Shown here piece after piece: positions 60,480 to 64,000 of a DNA stretch of 64,000 nucleotides. This stretch comes from Deltaproteobacteria bacterium (GTDB lineage: Bacteria > Myxococcota > Kuafuiibacteriia > Kuafuiibacteriales > Kuafuiibacteriaceae): the NCBI GenBank assembly GCA_040218735.1, contig JAVJQW010000057.1:288001-352000 (forward strand), read 5' to 3'. Both the position numbers and the translations under genes were made by a program. The notes below the pieces were generated by a model. That model did not search any database. It had not been told where the DNA came from and worked only from the letters and a program-made list of their open reading frames with translations. The first letter of the stretch is position 1; each line of letters starts with the position of its first letter.

Positions 60480-61688
60480 TCATCGGACTTGGGGGTCCAA
60501 CGCCGCGATTCGCGTGCGCATCTTCCCGTGGACGAGCGGGAGCAAGACGTCGGCGACCACCGCGCCGCCCTCGGGGCTGAGGTGGCAGTAGTCGATCAGG
60601 AGCTGTCGGCCCCGGAGCGCGGGATCGTCGAACGCCGGGTTGGTGTCGATGAACTCGGCGCCGTTCTCCTCGGCGACCGCGCGCACCTCGTCGACGACCG
60701 TTGGATAGAGGTCGACGATGTGCGGCTGTGGACGGAGGAACGCGCGCTCGGCGTCGGAGAGCATCGCCGGGTCGCGGAGCACGAGCATCGGCTGGAGGGC
60801 CACGATCGCGTCGACCCCCGCCGCGTTCAGGATCACGAGGTTGGCCTCGATCGCGCGCAGGAAGCCGCGACGTGCGGCGGCGCGATGCCCCGCGAGGAGG
60901 TCGGCCTGGGTCTCGTAGGTCACGACCGCGTCGACCTCGGATCGATTCGAACGCGCGTCCTTCTGCAGGCGCCACGCGAAGGCCCCGCGGAAGAACGCGC
61001 TGTGCCGACTCGCCCACAGGGCCGTGTAGTCGAAGAGGCCGACGGCGGATGGTCGCTGAAGACGCCGCTTCCAGAACTGGTAGACGAAGTCGCCCTGGTA
61101 CTGGTGCTCGGGGTTGTTGACGTAGTGATCGTTGGCGCCATCGAGGAACACCACGAGGTCTGGCGCGTAGTCGAGGAGCTCACTCGTCAGGTAGGCGGTG
61201 TGTTGGAAGACCTGGTAGCCGGTGACGGCGGCGTTGATGACTTCCACGTCACGCCCGTCCGACAGAGCCTCGAGCTTCGCCTCGAGGTGCGCGTCGATCG
61301 TCTCGTCCGGGTAGATGTGGCGCACGGGGTAAGGCGGTGCGCTGGAGATGCCGTGTGCCGCGGAGCCGCCGAGCAGGAACACCCGGAACGTGTTCGGTGG
61401 CTTCTGTTTGGCGACGGGCTCGGTGCGCCGAAAGCCATGTTCGTCGATGACGATCCAGTCGCGCGCGCCGTCGCCTTCCCGGAAGCCGGGGACGTGCTCG
61501 TACACGCGATAGCTGTTGAAACGGAACTTGCGCTGCGTGGACTTCTCCAGGACGCGCCCGAGGTAGAACCGCGCGCCCAGCTCGGCCATCCCGCCGAGCG
61601 CGAGCGCGACGAACCCGAACATGATCAGGGCGTAGGTCACCCGTCTTCGCACGCCGATCTCGGGCGTACGGCTCTTCACCGCAGTCAT
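60480..61688 (-). CDS. SGNH/GDSL hydrolase-like membrane-anchored protein
   Basis: N-terminal TM, LGGSAAHG, INAAVTG, DGAND, DYCH. Confidence 0.85.
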   Translation of the reverse strand: MTAVKSRTPEIGVRRRVTYALIMFGFVALALGGMAELGARFYLGRVLEKSTQRKFRFNSYRVYEHVPGFREGDGARDWIVIDEHGFRRTEPVAKQKPPNTFRVFLLGGSAAHGISSAPPYPVRHIYPDETIDAHLEAKLEALSDGRDVEVINAAVTGYQVFQHTAYLTSELLDYAPDLVVFLDGANDHYVNNPEHQYQGDFVYQFWKRRLQRPSAVGLFDYTALWASRHSAFFRGAFAWRLQKDARSNRSEVDAVVTYETQADLLAGHRAAARRGFLRAIEANLVILNAAGVDAIVALQPMLVLRDPAMLSDAERAFLRPQPHIVDLYPTVVDEVRAVAEENGAEFIDTNPAFDDPALRGRQLLIDYCHLSPEGGAVVADVLLPLVHGKMRTRIAALDPQVR

Positions 61689-61767
61689 CGAATCCCTCCC
61701 GTCGACGTGTGCAGTCGTCGACACCGCTTTCAGTGCCGGGGGACCGAGATACGTTCAGAAGATTCAC

Positions 61768-62523
61768 TCAGAAGGTGAGGCCGAAGTCCTTCGCGAGCGC
61801 CGCGGACCACGACTGTGCGTCGGTGAGCGGCGTCTCGGTGACGACACCGTCGACCGTGTGGATGCGACGGTCGTCGCGGAGCGTGACGCGTCCGTCGGGG
61901 GTCAGCTTCGACACCACCCGCTTCTGGGTGAAGTGCGATTGAGGCGAGGTCGAGTGATGGACACACATCGCGTCGAAGTCCGACCAGGCGCGCGCATGAG
62001 GAGTGAACTGATACTGGTCCCGCCACTCCCCGTCCTTCTCCCGTGAATAGACGAGCTCGTCCCGCGCGAATGAAATCCGATGGGCGCCGTTTCTCTGCTG
62101 AACGAAATCCGAAGTGTCGGCACTCAACGGGTGGATGAAGGCGTCGCCGAAGCCGACGTCGACGAGCCACATCCCCTCGCAGTCCACCAGCAGCGCGAGG
62201 TGGTCGTGCTCTGGGCCCAGCTGCCCCCCTTCTCCGAACACCCGCGCGGAGACCCGCCGGACGCGATAGCCGAGGCCCGAGAGAAATTCGCAGAACAGGC
62301 CATTGAGCTCGTAACAAAATCCGCCGCGCCCGCGCGTGACGATCTTGTCGAACAGCGCGTCCTCTTCGAGTCGAATCGGGTGTCCCGCGTGGACGTCGAG
62401 GTTCTCGAACGGCACGGCGAGCAGGTGCGCCTCCTGTAGCGCGGCGAGCTCCGACGCGCCGCAGGTCGTGGGGGGCTCGACGCCGATGCGTCGGGCGTAC
62501 GCGAGCACACGATCTCGGTTCAC
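61768..62523 (-). CDS. arylamine N-acetyltransferase
   Basis: VPFENLD, RGGFCYELN, HLAL, DVGFG (Cys-His-Asp triad). Confidence 0.93.
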   Translation of the reverse strand: MNRDRVLAYARRIGVEPPTTCGASELAALQEAHLLAVPFENLDVHAGHPIRLEEDALFDKIVTRGRGGFCYELNGLFCEFLSGLGYRVRRVSARVFGEGGQLGPEHDHLALLVDCEGMWLVDVGFGDAFIHPLSADTSDFVQQRNGAHRISFARDELVYSREKDGEWRDQYQFTPHARAWSDFDAMCVHHSTSPQSHFTQKRVVSKLTPDGRVTLRDDRRIHTVDGVVTETPLTDAQSWSAALAKDFGLTF

Positions 62524-62596
62524 CGCGCCAGCATCGCACCGTCTCCGTGACGAAGCTCGCACGCTGCCAACGGATTGGCAGAAGGTTGATACGTCG

Positions 62597-63172
62597 TCAC
62601 GCCCGGCCGCGGCTGTGGCCGGTCGTGACACCGCCGGCGATGAGGTGCGCGAGGCGCAGCGGCTCCGGGATGTTCCCGTGGAGCGTCGTCGCCGCGAGCA
62701 GGTCGCGCGCCATCGGCACCGAGAGCCCCACGCGCTGCACGAAGACGTTCCGCAACGGCTCCATCGGCCCGGCCGCCTCGATCAGCCGCCACTTCCGCGC
62801 CGCGCCCGGCACCGCGTCGAAGAGCGCGCGCCGGATCCTCGCTTGGTTGGGTCGGCGACGCGCCACGACGAGCACCGGGATGCCGAGCGCGTCGTGGAGA
62901 CGGTGCACGTCGACGACGTTGAAGCCCGCCACCGCGATCCCCTGGAGGATCACCGCACGCACGTGACCGTCGAACGCCGAGGAGCGCACGACCTCGATCA
63001 TGCGGTCGGTCGAGTTCCGTCCGTCGCGTCGTACGCGCGTCGACAACACGCCGTCGCAGCGCGTGCGGGAGCAGACCACGCCCACCAACCGCACGTCGCC
63101 ACGATGCGAACGTTCGAACGGCGCGTCGTCGAAGCCGATCACGTTGGTGAGCGCCACGGCGCCGAGGAACAT
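62597..63172 (-). CDS. DUF99 family (endonuclease V-like) protein
   Basis: VIGFDDAPF, DGRNST, GIAVAGFNVVD, IPEPLRLAHLIAGG. Confidence 0.88.
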   Translation of the reverse strand: MFLGAVALTNVIGFDDAPFERSHRGDVRLVGVVCSRTRCDGVLSTRVRRDGRNSTDRMIEVVRSSAFDGHVRAVILQGIAVAGFNVVDVHRLHDALGIPVLVVARRRPNQARIRRALFDAVPGAARKWRLIEAAGPMEPLRNVFVQRVGLSVPMARDLLAATTLHGNIPEPLRLAHLIAGGVTTGHSRGRA

Positions 63173-63196
63173 AGCAGACCGTGTTAACTTCGCGCC

Positions 63197-64000
63197 GTGG
63201 ATCTCCGCCCCGCCGAGCTGATGGGCCACTGGTACCCCGCCACCGCCGACGCGTGTGACGCCGCGCTCGCGAGCGCCGTCGTGCCCGAAGTCGACGGCGA
63301 AGCCTTCGGCGCGATCGTTCCCCACGCCGGGTGGACGTACTCCGGCGCCGTCGCGTTCGAAGCGCTCGCCGCCGTGCAGCGCCGCCGCCCCGACGCCGAC
63401 CTCGTCGTCGTGTTCGGCGGCCACCTCGGTCCGCGCGTTCCCGTGCGGGTGTTCCTCGGCGGCGCGTGGGAGACACCGTACGGACCAGCCGAGATCGCGG
63501 GGGAGCTCGCCGAGGACATCGCGATGGGCATCGAGTGTGACCCGGAGACACCGGACGAGTACTACGACGACAACGCCGTCGAGGTGGTGATGCCGATGGT
63601 CAAGAAGCTGTGGCCCGACGCCCGGTTCCTCACGATCGGCGTCCCCCCCACGGAGCGCGCGACGAAGATCGGCGCCGAGGTCCTCGACCTCGCCCGACGC
63701 CGCGGCTACGAGCGCATCGTCGCGGTCGGCTCCACCGACCTCACCCACTACGGCCCAAACTACCGCTACGTCCCCCACGGCCGCGGCCGCGTCGGGCTCG
63801 ACTGGGTGAAGAACGTCAACGACCCCGAGCTCATCGCAAAGCTGGAGTCGTTCGACAGCACCCGCATCGTCTGGACCGCACAGCGCTCGCGCAACGCGTG
63901 TTGCCCCGGCGCCGCCGCCGCCGCGATGGCCGTCGCCAAGGGCCTCGGCGCCGAGCGCGGCGTCGTCACGCGCTACACCACGAGCTACGACGTCCGCCCC
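63197..64000 (+). CDS. amrB: AmmeMemoRadiSam system protein B (MEMO1 family), 3' truncated, absent from the ORF track
   Basis: Read by hand: MDLRPAELMGHWYP...GAIVPHAGWTYSG...WETPYG...GSTDLTHYG...NACCPG. Confidence 0.85.
   Translation, partial: MDLRPAELMGHWYPATADACDAALASAVVPEVDGEAFGAIVPHAGWTYSGAVAFEALAAVQRRRPDADLVVVFGGHLGPRVPVRVFLGGAWETPYGPAEIAGELAEDIAMGIECDPETPDEYYDDNAVEVVMPMVKKLWPDARFLTIGVPPTERATKIGAEVLDLARRRGYERIVAVGSTDLTHYGPNYRYVPHGRGRVGLDWVKNVNDPELIAKLESFDSTRIVWTAQRSRNACCPGAAAAAMAVAKGLGAERGVVTRYTTSYDVRP

Overview
High-GC bacterial chromosomal segment. Its MYXO-CTERM-like tail, Ser/Thr kinases with PEGA-type partners, Cys-rich and DAG/DGG-linker lipoproteins and a DUF1501/DUF1585-type cluster point to a Myxococcota-like organism (inference). 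About 60 real CDSs can be picked out of many GC-shadow ORFs. They mix housekeeping genes (Sua5/TsaC, fatty acyl-CoA ligase, icd, glgC, purE/purK, pcm, TrmH, Opp-type ABC transporter) with many secreted or lipoprotein unknowns. I saw no rRNA, tRNA, CRISPR array or mobile element. The most striking signal is a stand-alone divergent EF-Tu paralog (8035-9204). It carries substitutions at positions linked to resistance against three classes of EF-Tu antibiotics. It sits behind an apparently leaderless 26-codon uORF and a cascade of mutually exclusive helices ending in an anti-Shine-Dalgarno stem, i.e. a candidate ribosome-stalling attenuator that switches on a back-up EF-Tu. Other highlights: a sigma54-driven repeat/HExxH protein with a coupled lipoprotein (toxin-immunity-like), an AraC mini-regulon with a 30-bp box at identical spacing before two genes, an ECF/anti-sigma operon with two CX9C-CX7C periodic lipoproteins, a heme-c/DUF1501 cluster behind tandem palindromes, and many apparently leaderless genes. 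All family assignments come from motif recognition by eye, not database searches.
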